Of a stretch of DNA of 64,000 nucleotides, positions 46,132-56,172 are shown piece after piece (positions within the stretch are counted from its first letter, which is position 1; each line of letters opens with the position of its first letter). The notes beneath the pieces are model-generated. The model made no database searches, was not told where the DNA came from, and was given only the letters and a program-made list of their open reading frames with translations. Source of the stretch: an uncultured delta proteobacterium (GTDB taxonomy: Bacteria; Myxococcota; Myxococcia; Myxococcales; Anaeromyxobacteraceae); contig CAVYBH010000011.1 in assembly GCA_963766715.1 (NCBI GenBank), forward strand, positions 96,001 through 160,000, read 5' to 3'. The translations under genes and the position numbers were made by a program.

Positions 46132-47169
46132 TCAGGAGGCGAGGTGGAAGACGCCCCGGACGAGGAGGTAGATCAGGGACGCCACCAGCGCCGAGGCCGG
46201 AATCGTGAAGATCCACGCCCAGATGATGCGTCCGGCCAGGCCCCAGCGGACGGCCCGGTAGCCCTTCGTGGCCCCCACCCCGACGATGGCGCCGGTGATG
46301 GTGTGGGTGGTCGAGACCGGGATGCCGGCGTGCGAAAGGGCCAGGATCGTGACCCCGCCGCCGGTCTCGGCGGCGAAGCCCCCGATGGGTTGCAGCTTGG
46401 TGAGGCCGTAGCCCATGGTCCGGACGATGCGCCACCCGCCGAAGAAGGTGCCGAGCGCGATGGCCGAGTGGGTGAGAAGGACGATCCACCAGGTCACGTG
46501 GAAGGGACGGTCCTTCCAGATGGTGCCGTAGAGGACCACGGCGATGATGCCCATCACCTTCTGGGCGTCGTTCGACCCGTGGCTGTAGCTGAAGACGGCC
46601 GACGACACGAGCTGCAGCTTGCGGAACCAGGTGTCGACGCGCCCCGGGCGGAAGGACCGCACGAGCCAGGCGGTCAGGATCATGAGCCCCGAGCCGAGCG
46701 CCATGCCGATGAGCGGGGAGAGCACGATGAAGGCGGCGATCTTGAGGATGCCCGAGATCACGAGCCCCTTCATGCCGAGCGCCGGAAGCGTCGCCCCCAC
46801 CATCCCGCCGGCCAGCGCGTGGGAGGAGGAGGAGGGGAGTCCCCACCACCAGGTGAGCAGGTTCCAGACGATGGCGCCGATGAGCGCGGAGAAGACCACC
46901 GCCAGCACCATCTCCACGCCCTGGGCCTTCAGGAGATCGAACTGGATGATCCCCTTGCCCATGGTCTGGGCCACGCGCAGCTCGCCGCCGAAGAAGACGG
47001 GCGCCGCGGCGACGAAGTTGAAGAAGGCCGCCCAGGCCACCGCGGTGATCGGGGAGAGCACGCGGGTGGAGACGATGGTGGCGATCGAGTTCGCCGCATC
47101 GTGGAACCCATTGATGAAGTCGAACGCCAGCGCGACGACGATGATGCCGATGACGACGGCGTAGATCAT
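46132..47169 (-). CDS. pit: Inorganic phosphate transporter, PiT family
   Basis: NGFHDAANSIAT, GLPSSSSHAL, HGSNDAQK, GIPVSTTH. Confidence 0.95.
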   Translation of the reverse strand: MIYAVVIGIIVVALAFDFINGFHDAANSIATIVSTRVLSPITAVAWAAFFNFVAAAPVFFGGELRVAQTMGKGIIQFDLLKAQGVEMVLAVVFSALIGAIVWNLLTWWWGLPSSSSHALAGGMVGATLPALGMKGLVISGILKIAAFIVLSPLIGMALGSGLMILTAWLVRSFRPGRVDTWFRKLQLVSSAVFSYSHGSNDAQKVMGIIAVVLYGTIWKDRPFHVTWWIVLLTHSAIALGTFFGGWRIVRTMGYGLTKLQPIGGFAAETGGGVTILALSHAGIPVSTTHTITGAIVGVGATKGYRAVRWGLAGRIIWAWIFTIPASALVASLIYLLVRGVFHLAS

Positions 47170-47191
47170 GTGAGGGGGCCGGCCTTGCCGG

Positions 47192-47825
47192 TCAGGTGTT
47201 CTCGAGAACGACGTTCTCGATGACGTTGGCGACGTCCTCGGCGCGATCGGTGGCGGTCTCGATCAGGTCGAGGATCTCCTTCCACTTGATGATCGTGAGG
47301 GGGTCGGCCCCGCTGCGGAAGAGGTCGGCGAGCGCGCGGCGGAGCAGCGAGTCGGCCTGGTTCTCGAGCGAGTTGATCTCCATGCACGCGTCCAGGATCC
47401 GCTTGGAATCCTTGACGTTGCGCAGCCCGTGGACCGCCTCCTGCATCTTGCGGGTCTGGGCGAGCAGCACGCGTGGCGAGCTCGCGCGCCTCGGGCAGCA
47501 CGGACTGGATGTCGTAGAGGCCGATGCGCTCGGTGGCGGCGTCGGTGAGGTCGAGGACGTCGTCGATGGCGGAGAGCAGCCGGTGGATCACCGCGCGGTC
47601 GAACGGGGTGATGAACTGCGTGTAGAGCAGCTCGAAGGCGGCGTGCGTGACGTCGTCCGCCCGGTGCTCCACGTCCTTGATTTCCTTCACCCGGCGCGGG
47701 ATGTCGGTGAAGTCCTCGAACATCTCCTTGAAGAGGCGCGCTCCCTCGACGGTGAGCGCGGCCTGCTTCTCGAAGGCATCGAAGAAGGCGTCGGTCTTGG
47801 GCATCAGCTTCGTGAGAATCGACAC
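47192..47825 (-). CDS. DUF47 / PhoU-like Pit accessory protein (frameshift ~47475)
   Basis: EHRADD, FITPFDR, ENQAD, LETATDRAEDVA-like motifs; adjacent to pit. Confidence 0.9.
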
Positions 47826-47949
47826 TTGGCGTCTCCCGAGGCGAAAAGGCGCGCGGACAATACCCTCGAACGCGTGCGGTTCCAACGGTCCGGACGTGTA
47901 TGCCAAAAAAGCGAGCCGTGGCGGCAGGTTCGGACGTTAAGGAGCCGCG

Positions 47950-49170
47950 GTGACCCAAAAACTCTACCGGGATGACGCCTACCTATCACGGTTCGATGCC
48001 ACGGTGGTCGCCGCGCGGACTCACGACGGGCGCGGCGCGATCGTGCTCGATCGAACGGCCTTCTACCCGGAGGGCGGGGGGCAGCCGGGCGACCGGGGCC
48101 GCATCGGCGGCGCCCGGGTCGAGGACGTGATCGAGGTCGAGGGGGAGGTGCTCCACCTGCTCGCCCCCGGGGAGCCACCGGCCGCCGGGGCGCGCGTCGC
48201 CTGCGAGGTCGACTGGGACCGCCGGTTCGATCACATGCAGCAGCACCACGGCCAGCACCTGCTCTCGGCGGTCTTCGCCCGGCTCCACGACGCGGCGACC
48301 GTCTCGTTCCACCTGGGAGCCGAGACCTGCACCATCGACCTCGACCTTCCCCCGGCCCGCCTGCCCCACGAGGCGCTCGCGGCCGCGGAGGCCGAGGCGA
48401 ACCGGCTGGTCTGGCGCGACCTCGAGGTGGAAGCACGGGAACGCTCGCCGGAGGAGATCGCCGCGCTTCCCCTGCGGAAGGACGCGGTGAAGGGGACGCG
48501 CATCGTGGTCGTCTCGGGCGGGCGCGGGGGGGAGGCGGAGGTGGTGGACGCCTCTCCGTGCGGCGGGACGCATCCGAGGCGGACCGGGGAGGTCGGCGCC
48601 GTGGCCGTGCTCCGCGCCCAGAAATGGGGCGCCGGAACCCGCGTCGAGTTCGCCTGCGGCGCGCGGGTCCTCGCCGCGCTCCACCGGGCCGAGGAGCGGC
48701 TCGGGCAGGCCAGCGCGTCCCTGCGCTGCTCGCCGGCCGAGCTTCCGGCCGCCGCCGCCAAGCTGGCGGAGGAGGGGCAGGGGCGGCGGAAGGAGGTCGA
48801 GCGGCTGGTCGCGGCGCTGGCCGAGGGCGAGGCCGAGCGGCTCCTGCGCTCCCGGCCGGAGGGCGGGCCCATCGTGGGGCGCCTGGAAGGAGACCTGGCC
48901 ACGGCGGCCGGGCTCCGGGCGGTGGCGCAGGCGCTCGCCGGTCGCGGCCGCGTCGCGCTCCTCGGGGGCGTCGACGCCGACCGGGCGAATCTCTGCTTCG
49001 CCCGCCCGCGGGGGCCCGGCGTCCACCTCGGAGAGGTCCTCCGGGAGGCCGCGAGCGTCCTGGGCGGCAAGGGAGGAGGCTCCCCCGACCTCGCCCAGGG
49101 CGCCGGGACGGACGTCCCCCGGCTCGACGAGGCGCTCGCCGCGGCGGCGGCGCGGGTCCCGGTGGGGTGA
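47950..49170 (+). CDS. Alanyl-tRNA editing protein (AlaX-L type with DHHA1 domain)
   Basis: TAFYPEGGGQPGD, MQQHHGQHLLS, CGGTH, GGKGGG..AQG. AAGGAG RBS. Confidence 0.92.
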   Translation: MTQKLYRDDAYLSRFDATVVAARTHDGRGAIVLDRTAFYPEGGGQPGDRGRIGGARVEDVIEVEGEVLHLLAPGEPPAAGARVACEVDWDRRFDHMQQHHGQHLLSAVFARLHDAATVSFHLGAETCTIDLDLPPARLPHEALAAAEAEANRLVWRDLEVEARERSPEEIAALPLRKDAVKGTRIVVVSGGRGGEAEVVDASPCGGTHPRRTGEVGAVAVLRAQKWGAGTRVEFACGARVLAALHRAEERLGQASASLRCSPAELPAAAAKLAEEGQGRRKEVERLVAALAEGEAERLLRSRPEGGPIVGRLEGDLATAAGLRAVAQALAGRGRVALLGGVDADRANLCFARPRGPGVHLGEVLREAASVLGGKGGGSPDLAQGAGTDVPRLDEALAAAAARVPVG

Positions 49171-49233
49171 GCGGCCCCCCGGGGACGGTCGCCGATTCGA
49201 CCGATCCCGCGGCCGGTGGCACGATTCGGCCCG

Positions 49234-49749
49234 ATGCCCATCGATCTCGGCGATCCCTCGCGCTGGCGCGACACGTTCCCGGCCCGCCAGCCGGCGAGCA
49301 GCGAGGTCGCGGCCGGCGCCGTGAGCGGGCTCGTGGCCGGGCTGGTCGGGTGGTCGCTGGCGATCCTGTTCACTCCCAGTCATCTGGGCGCGGTGCACTC
49401 GCTGCGGATCGTGGCGGCCACCTTCTTCGGCACCGCGGCCCTCGACCCGGACCACGTCGGGCTGCCGGCCTTCGTGGGCGCGCTGCTCGCCGGCATGACC
49501 GCCATCGCCTTCGGGCTGGTCTTCGTGAGCATCCTGCGCCCGGCCGCCCCGGTCCGCCGCGCCCTGCTGGTGGGCGCGCTCTACGGAGCGGTCCTCTACT
49601 TCCCGGCCTGGTTCGGGATGGTGCAGCTCCTCGACCCGCTCCTCTACCAGGCGGGGCAGGGCATCCCGGGGCTGATCCTGGCCCTTCACGTCCTGTACGG
49701 GTTGACGCTGGGCTTCCTCGTCCCGCTCCTGCGCAAGATCCTGCCGTAG
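49234..49749 (+). CDS. Hypothetical 4-TM membrane protein
   Basis: Four hydrophobic helices; C-terminal HVLYG motif. Confidence 0.7.
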   Translation: MPIDLGDPSRWRDTFPARQPASSEVAAGAVSGLVAGLVGWSLAILFTPSHLGAVHSLRIVAATFFGTAALDPDHVGLPAFVGALLAGMTAIAFGLVFVSILRPAAPVRRALLVGALYGAVLYFPAWFGMVQLLDPLLYQAGQGIPGLILALHVLYGLTLGFLVPLLRKILP

Positions 49750-49772
49750 CCAGCGAGCGAGCCACCGGCGGG

Positions 49773-50042
49773 CTAGCCGGGCCGGCGCAGCGAGACCAGC
49801 GTGGCTCCCCAGCCGCCGGCGTCCTCGCCGGCCGTGCGGAAGGAAGCCACGAGCGGGTGGCGGCGCAGGGCCGCCTCGACCGTCCGCCGCAGCGCGCCGA
49901 TCCCCTTGCCGTGGACGACCCGCACCTCGAGGATTCCCGCCTCCGCGCAGGCCTCGAGGTAGTCGGCGACGACGTCGCCCACGTCCTGCGGGCGGAACGC
50001 GTGGAGGTCGAGCGTTCCGTCGATGGGGAGGCGGTGGGTCAG
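49773..50042 (-). CDS. Smr/MutS2 C-terminal domain protein
   Basis: IDGTLDLH, VRVVHGKGIGALR, GGWGAT. Start unclear (CTG at 50042 or fusion to upstream PAP2). Confidence 0.85.
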   Translation of the reverse strand: MTHRLPIDGTLDLHAFRPQDVGDVVADYLEACAEAGILEVRVVHGKGIGALRRTVEAALRRHPLVASFRTAGEDAGGWGATLVSLRRPG

Positions 50043-50849
50043 AAGGCGAGCATCAGGCCGACCGGGGGCATCCGCAAGCCGGTGCCGGGCGCCGGGCGGC
50101 GTACCGGGCGCGGGGCTCGGAGAGTGGAAGATGCGGGGAATCGCCCACCCGACCAGGCCGCCGACGGCCGAGCCGATGAGGATGTCCGTCCAGTAGTGCT
50201 GGTCGGCCGCGATGCGGAGGTAGCCGACCGCGGCCGACAGGGTGAACCCCACGCCGGCCACGATCCCCACGCCGGCGTAGCCGCGCATGGCGGCCACCGT
50301 GACCGTGGCCGCGGTGACCGAGAAGGCGAAGGACGTGTGACCCCCGTAGAAGGAGAGGTTGTCCTCGCTCTTCGCGTACCCGACGTCGTTGTCGAAGAAG
50401 GCGTAGGGGCGCTTGCGCCCGACGAGCAGCTTCACCGCCTGGTTCAGGAGCAACGCCGCGGCGGCGGCCTCGGTCACGAGCAGCGTGTCCACCATTCCCG
50501 CGCTGAACTCCCCGCCGCCGTTCGCCGAGAGGAGCAGGTAGGTCGCGGCCGAGGCGGGGATCGCGGCGTCGAGGATGGTGGAAAGGGTGTCGGCGGTTCG
50601 CTCGCCGCCCTTCCAGACCAGGGCGTTGCGCACGTCCACGTCGATGCCCGGCGGCGTGCACCAGTGGCAGCTCTTCGGCAGCAGCTCGGGCTGGTAGATC
50701 GCGAGGAGCAGGACCGACAGCCCCAGCGCGCCGGTGATGGAGGCGTCGAGGGCGAGGTTGTACTGGAGCGGGACGGGGGGCTCCGCGCCTCGAGCAGGCA
50801 CGGCGACGGCGAAGAGGAGCGCCAGGGCGATGGAGCGCAGGGCGTGCAC
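50039..50849 (-). CDS. PAP2-family phosphatase (probable frameshift ~50090)
   Basis: Signal peptide, KLLVGRKRP, SFYGGH, LRIAADQHYWTD. Confidence 0.88.
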
Positions 50850-50888
50850 CGGCGCACTCTAGCATCGGGTGCGTGGTAGATTCGCTCG

Positions 50889-51736
50889 ATGCGTCTCGCG
50901 CCGGTCGCCGTGCTCCTCGCCGTCTGCCTCGCCGCCCCTCCCGCCCGCGCCGCGGACGACGCGCCCGCGGGCCCGCCTCGGCCCCTGCGCCGGCCCCCGT
51001 CCCGAAGCTCACCAAGCTCTCCTACGACTGGACGGTCGACGGCATCGTCACGGGCGGCCTGGCCGTGAGCACGCTCACCCTGATGCTCCTCGACAAGAGC
51101 CTGGCGCCGCTCGACTGCAAGTGGTGCACGCCGAGCACCTGGGAGGGAAACCTCTCGAACTCCGCCAAGTGGTCGAACCCCGCCACGGCCAACACGATCT
51201 CGAACGTCATGGAGTTCGTCGTGCCGGTGGGGGTCATGGGCTTCGGGCTCATCCAGGCGTACCGGTACGGCGACCCGGCGGCGGGCTGGTCGGACGTCCT
51301 GCTCATCACCGAGGCCACGAGCCTCGCCATGCTCGCGAACGTGATCGTGAAGTACACGACGGGACGGGCCCGGCCCTACGTCTGGCAGGGAAACCCGGAC
51401 CTCTACCCGGCGACCGCCTCCGACGCGAACGTCTCCTTCTTCGGCGGCCACACCACCTTCGTCTTCGCGGTGGTGGTCTCGGGAAGCACCCTCTTCTTCA
51501 TGCAGGACATGCCGGGCGCCCCCTACGTCCTCGGCGTGGGGCTCGCCGTCGCCGGCTTCACCGGCTATCTGCGGATGGCCGCGGACAAGCACTACCTCTC
51601 CGACGTCGTCGTCGGCGCGGCGGTGGGAAGCCTGGTCGGCTGGGCGGTTCCCTACCTCTTCCACCGGCCCGGCAAGGGAGCGCCGCAGGCGGGCGACCTC
51701 CTCCCCGCACCTGGCGGAGTCGCCATCGCCTGGTAG
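50889..51736 (+). CDS. PAP2-family phosphatase (frameshift ~50970)
   Basis: Signal peptide MRLAPVAVLLAVCLAA in the adjacent frame; KYTTGRARP, SFFGGH, LRMAADKHYLSD. Confidence 0.88.
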
Positions 51737-53778
51737 TCACTCGTTCGGCGAGACGCGGAATCCCAGGCTCAGGCTGAGGATCTCGCCCGTGTTGAACGGG
51801 CTCGCCTGCCAGGCGAGCGTCGGCGCCTGCACGAGGAACTCGACCATCCCCGCGCTCAGCACCAGCCCGAGTCGCGAGCCGGCCGTGAGGTAGTACTGGT
51901 TGGGAGGCGAGCCGTGGACGCTGGGCGCGCCGTCGTCGATCCCGATCCCGCGGATCTTGGGGCCGCCCTCGACGCGCACCGGGACCAGCGAGATCCCGAT
52001 CGACCGGACGAAGTACCACCGGACCTCGGCGGCTCCGACGAACGTGAGGTAGCTCGTCTCGGGGCTCGTGCTGCGGATCCCGGCCTCCAGCGAGCCGCCG
52101 TAGGCGGTGGGCAGCCGCTCTCCCCAGGGATTGCGATCCCACATCAGGCGGGCGCCGACGGCCGCGAGCCCGCCCATCACCGAGCTGTCCGATGCGGAAG
52201 CCTGCGGGATGGGCGTCGCGTCGAGGAAGAGCGACAGGCTGGTCTCCCGCCCCTTGAGCCGTCCGTACCAGAGCGGCTCGGGCGCCCACTCGTCGTCGTG
52301 GCGCAGGACGGCCTCGTGCTCGTGGTGGGTGAGGCGACCGCCGGCGACCCGCTTTCGCGTGGGCGTGTAGCCCACGACCACGCCGAAGGACCAGTCGAGG
52401 CGCACCCGCCGCCAGTCGATCTCGACCGGGCCGAGCAGGGAGATGGAGAGGTTCTCGGTGGCGTGGAACTCGTACATGAGCCCCTGCGAGAAGATCTCCC
52501 AGCCTCCGGCCGGAGCTTCCGAAGGTGTAGCGCCCGCCGAGCGGATAGAAGCCGAGGCCCGACCGGTGGTCGAGCGGCACGCCGAGGATGAGCCCGGCCC
52601 CGACGACGCCCAGGCTGGCCGGCGTCCCGTAGAGCCACCGGTATCCCGCCTCGGCGTCGAGCCCGAAGACGAAGGGGCTCAGCTGACTGCGTCCACTGGA
52701 CCAGCCGGAAGCGCGCCGTGACGTCCAGGTAACGCTGGCTCGGATTGACGGTCACCCCGCCGCCCAGGAGCATGCCGCTCGTCTCGACGAGCTCGGCCGG
52801 CTGCTTCGCCCGGCACTCCTCGCCCGCGCACGGGTTCACCGGGGTGAACCACCGGGTGGAGAACCGCTTCCAGGCCTCCGACTTCTGGGGCTCGGTCTCG
52901 GTGCCGGGCGGGGAGGCGAGCTGGGCCCGGCGCAGGTCGCGCACCAGGACGAGCAGCTCGACGAGCGCCTGTCGCGCCAGGTTTCCCTCCTCGGACAGGC
53001 ACGCGACCGGAACCGTGTAGGGGAGGTCGGTGAGCTCCCTGCAGGGTCGCCCCTTGTTGACCGCGAAGACCCGGATGTAGGCGCCGTCGCGCGGGTCCTC
53101 GGCGTCGTGCTGGAGCGGGGAGTCGGCGTAGTAGTCGCTGAGGCTGCTCACGAGCAGCCCCGAGATGGGTCCCCAGACGCGCAGGTAGTCGATCTCGTGC
53201 GTCCCCGGCCTCCGCTCGGTGTGGGCGTAGGAGAAGGAGTCGGTGACGGAGTGCATGAGCTCGTACAGGCCGTACCCGCTCTCTCGCGTGGCGATGCCGC
53301 CCACGACCACGATCTGCCGCAGCATGTCGTCGAGCAGGTTCTTGCAGCGGGCGAGTGCGGTGGTGGCGAGGCCGCGCGGCACGTGCCGTCCCGGAAGCGG
53401 GACGGAGCCCTCGTCGGCGAGGACCCCCATGAAGTGGATGCACTGCCCCGGGCTGCTGAACTGGCGGCTGTAGTTCTGGTCGGGCCGATCCGTCATCGGC
53501 TGGGGCCACGCCAGCAGCGGATTCTCCGACGCGACCGTGCGACACGCTCGTGGCGGGTCGGCGCCGTTCCCGAAGCAGACCGGGGCCTGGAGCGCCCCGT
53601 CGTTGATGAGGTCGCGGAGCACGTCGGGCCGGGGCGGCTGGCCTTCGTCCCCTTCGATCAGGGTCCGGTAGGCCGAGGCCTCGATGACCACGTGCCCCTG
53701 CGTGTCGAAGGCGAGGCTCGACGCCGGAATGGCGAGGAGCGACATTCCGAGAACGAACGATGTCCCCCGGCTCCACAC
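51737..53778 (-). CDS. Exported protein: Zn-phospholipase C/P1 nuclease-like N-domain plus putative beta-barrel (frameshifts ~52680, ~52490)
   Basis: Signal peptide then FDTQGH; HFMG; LMHSVTDSFSYAH; amphipathic C-terminal strands. Confidence 0.6.
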
Positions 53779-53888
53779 GGACGCTCGCTCCTGTCTGGCT
53801 CTGGCGATCTAGACGCTGCCGTTCGCCGAAAAGCAATCGCGCCGGGGACCGCGCGGAAGTCGGCCCGCCGAGGTAGATCCGTTCCCTC

Positions 53889-55760
53889 GTGACCGGGCCC
53901 GTCGACCTCGCCGCCCACCTGGCCCGCCTCGCCACCCTGCTCGCCTCCGAGCGGGAGGAGGAGAAGGCCCGGCTCGCCGACGCGGCGGCCCGGCTCTCGC
54001 TTTCCGAGCGGGAGGCGCGAGGCCTGGCGCTCGCCGACGTCGAGGCGCTCGACGAGGCGGTCCTGGCGGGGCGGTCCCTCGTCACCTACGGGAAACCCGG
54101 TCGGCCGCTGGGCGCCTCGCGCATCGGGGTGGGCTCGCTCGTCCGGGTGGAGCTTCGCCGCGAGAAGCGGGACGACGCGCCCTCGGGCGTGGTGGCGCGC
54201 CGGAGCCGGGACCGGGTCGGGGTGGTGTTCGACGAGCCGCCCCCCGACTGGGCGACGGCCGGGCGCGTGGCGCTCGAGCTCGTCCCCTCGCCGGTCACCT
54301 GGGAGCGCCTCTCCGCCGGCCTGCGGCGCGCCGGCTCCCCGGAAGGGAAGCGATGGCACGCCGTCCTGGCCGGGGAGGGGCCGCGGTTCCTGCCCGCCCC
54401 GCGTGGGCCGGCGCTCGAGACGACGCTGGCGCCGGAGCAGCAGGCCGCGCTCGACCTCGCCGACCGCGCCCTCGACGTGGCGCTCGTCCACGGGCCGCCT
54501 GGCACCGGGAAGACGACGGTGCTCGTCGAGGTGATCCGGCGGGCCGTGGCGCGGGGCGAGAAGGTGCTCGCCGCGGCGCCGTCCAACCTGGCCGCCGACA
54601 ACCTGCTCGAGCGGCTGGTGGCGGCGGGCGTGGACGGCGTTCGCGTCGGCCACCCTGCCCGCGTCGTGCCGGCGCTGCTCGACCGGACGCTCGAGGCCCG
54701 GGTCGAGGGAAGCGAGTCGGCGCGGATCGCCGCGGGGCTGGTCGAGGAGGCGCTCGCCCTGCGCCGCGAGGCGCGGAAGCGGAAGGAGAAGCGCGGTCCG
54801 GGCCGGTTCAGCCAGTCCCGCGGAGCGGAGCGGCAGGCCCGGGAGCTCCTCGCCGAGGCGCGCGCCCTCGAGGATCGCGCCGAGCGGGAGGTCCTCGACC
54901 GGGCGCCGGTCGTCGTGGCGACGCTCACCGGCGTGGACGCGCCGGTGCTCTCGGGGCGCCGCTTCGCGCTGGCGGTGGTGGACGAGGCGACCCAGGCCGT
55001 CGAGCCGGCGGCCATCCTGGCGCTCCTGCGGGCGGACCGGGCGGTGCTCGCCGGCGACCACCTCCAGCTTCCACCCACCGTGATCTCGTCGTCGGCTTCC
55101 GAGGGCGGCCTGGGGGTCTCGCTCTTCGAGCGGCTGGCGGAGGCGCACGGCGCGGCCGCGATGGTGACGCTGGCCGAGCAGCGCCGGATGAACGAGGCCA
55201 TCATGCGGTTCCCCTCCGAGGCGCTCTACGGGGGACGGCTCCGGGCCCACCCGTCCGTGGCCGGATGGCGGCTCGACGAGGAGCCGTTCCTCTTCGTGGA
55301 CACGGCCGGGACCGGCTTCGAGGAGGGGGCACCGGAGGGCTCCGAGTCTCGCCACAACGAGGGCGAGGCCGACCTCGTCGTGCGGGAGGTGGAGCGGGTG
55401 CTGGCCCTCGGCCTGTCGCCGGCGGACCTGGCCGTGATCTCGCCCTACGACGCGCAGGTGCAGCGGATCCGCCAGCTGCTGGCCGCCCGGGTGGAGGAGG
55501 GGCTCGAGGTGGACACGGTGGACGGCTTCCAGGGACGGGAGAAGGAGGCGGTGGTGGTGTCGCTCGTGCGGTCCAACGATGACGGGGAGGTGGGATTCCT
55601 CGCCGACGTCCGGCGCATGAACGTGGCCATCACCCGGGCGCGGAAGAAGCTCGTCGTGATCGGCGACTCGGCCACCGTGGCGCGCCACCCGTTCTACGAG
55701 CGATTCGTTCGCCATGCGCAGGAGACCGGTGCGTGGGCGAGCGCGTGGGGGCGCGAGTAG
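53889..55760 (+). CDS. SF1B helicase, IGHMBP2/Upf1-like
   Basis: HGPPGTGKTT, APSNLAADNL, VDEATQ, AGDHLQLPPT, SLFERL, TVDGFQGREKE, RMNVAITRAR. Confidence 0.95.
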   Translation: MTGPVDLAAHLARLATLLASEREEEKARLADAAARLSLSEREARGLALADVEALDEAVLAGRSLVTYGKPGRPLGASRIGVGSLVRVELRREKRDDAPSGVVARRSRDRVGVVFDEPPPDWATAGRVALELVPSPVTWERLSAGLRRAGSPEGKRWHAVLAGEGPRFLPAPRGPALETTLAPEQQAALDLADRALDVALVHGPPGTGKTTVLVEVIRRAVARGEKVLAAAPSNLAADNLLERLVAAGVDGVRVGHPARVVPALLDRTLEARVEGSESARIAAGLVEEALALRREARKRKEKRGPGRFSQSRGAERQARELLAEARALEDRAEREVLDRAPVVVATLTGVDAPVLSGRRFALAVVDEATQAVEPAAILALLRADRAVLAGDHLQLPPTVISSSASEGGLGVSLFERLAEAHGAAAMVTLAEQRRMNEAIMRFPSEALYGGRLRAHPSVAGWRLDEEPFLFVDTAGTGFEEGAPEGSESRHNEGEADLVVREVERVLALGLSPADLAVISPYDAQVQRIRQLLAARVEEGLEVDTVDGFQGREKEAVVVSLVRSNDDGEVGFLADVRRMNVAITRARKKLVVIGDSATVARHPFYERFVRHAQETGAWASAWGRE

Positions 55761-56130
55761 CGGGCGACGCCGCGGGTGCTTGGGTGCCGCCGGCGACGGA
55801 CGCCCCTCTCCGCAGCGCTTGTCCTCGGGATCGTCGCCCGCGACCGGGTTGGCGACGAGGCACCGCCTGCGCGGACCTGCGAAGTCCTCGTCGCCCCTGC
55901 GGAGGCGCTGCTGCGAGTGGCGCTCGTCGCCGGCTGGCTCGATCGTCCGCGACGGGCGGCGCGAGCCCGCCTGCGCGACCGCGAGCCCGTCGCCCACGCA
56001 CCCCGGTGGGCCTCGTCGCGGGGCGCATCCGCAGCGACCCGCCGCGACCCCGAGCCCTCGCAGGGGGGACCGAGCGCCCGCGACGAGGCCCCCGGGCGAG
56101 GACCGAGCGCCCTCAGCGACGAGGCCTCAC
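55761..56130. repeat. Intergenic array of GCGACG/CGTCGC palindromic units (REP/BIME-like or structured RNA)
   Basis: Stems 55761-55769/55832-55840, 55851-55860/55886-55895, 55949-55957/55985-55993, 56008-56022/56077-56091; direct repeat GGACCGAGCGCCC..GCGACGAGGCC twice. Confidence 0.65.
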
Positions 56131-56172
56131 GGGTCGGGTGCGCCGGCGCCGGCGTCGGGTTACGCTCGTCTC

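Noticed and set aside
49216..49232. Sigma54 promoter (TGGCACG) before the membrane protein gene
   Set aside because: GG-to-GC spacing is 9 rather than 10, and the site is too close to the start codon.
55761..56130. CRISPR array next to helicase/nuclease genes
   Set aside because: Units are degenerate, inverted and irregularly spaced, with no identical repeats separating unique spacers; neighbours are not Cas proteins.
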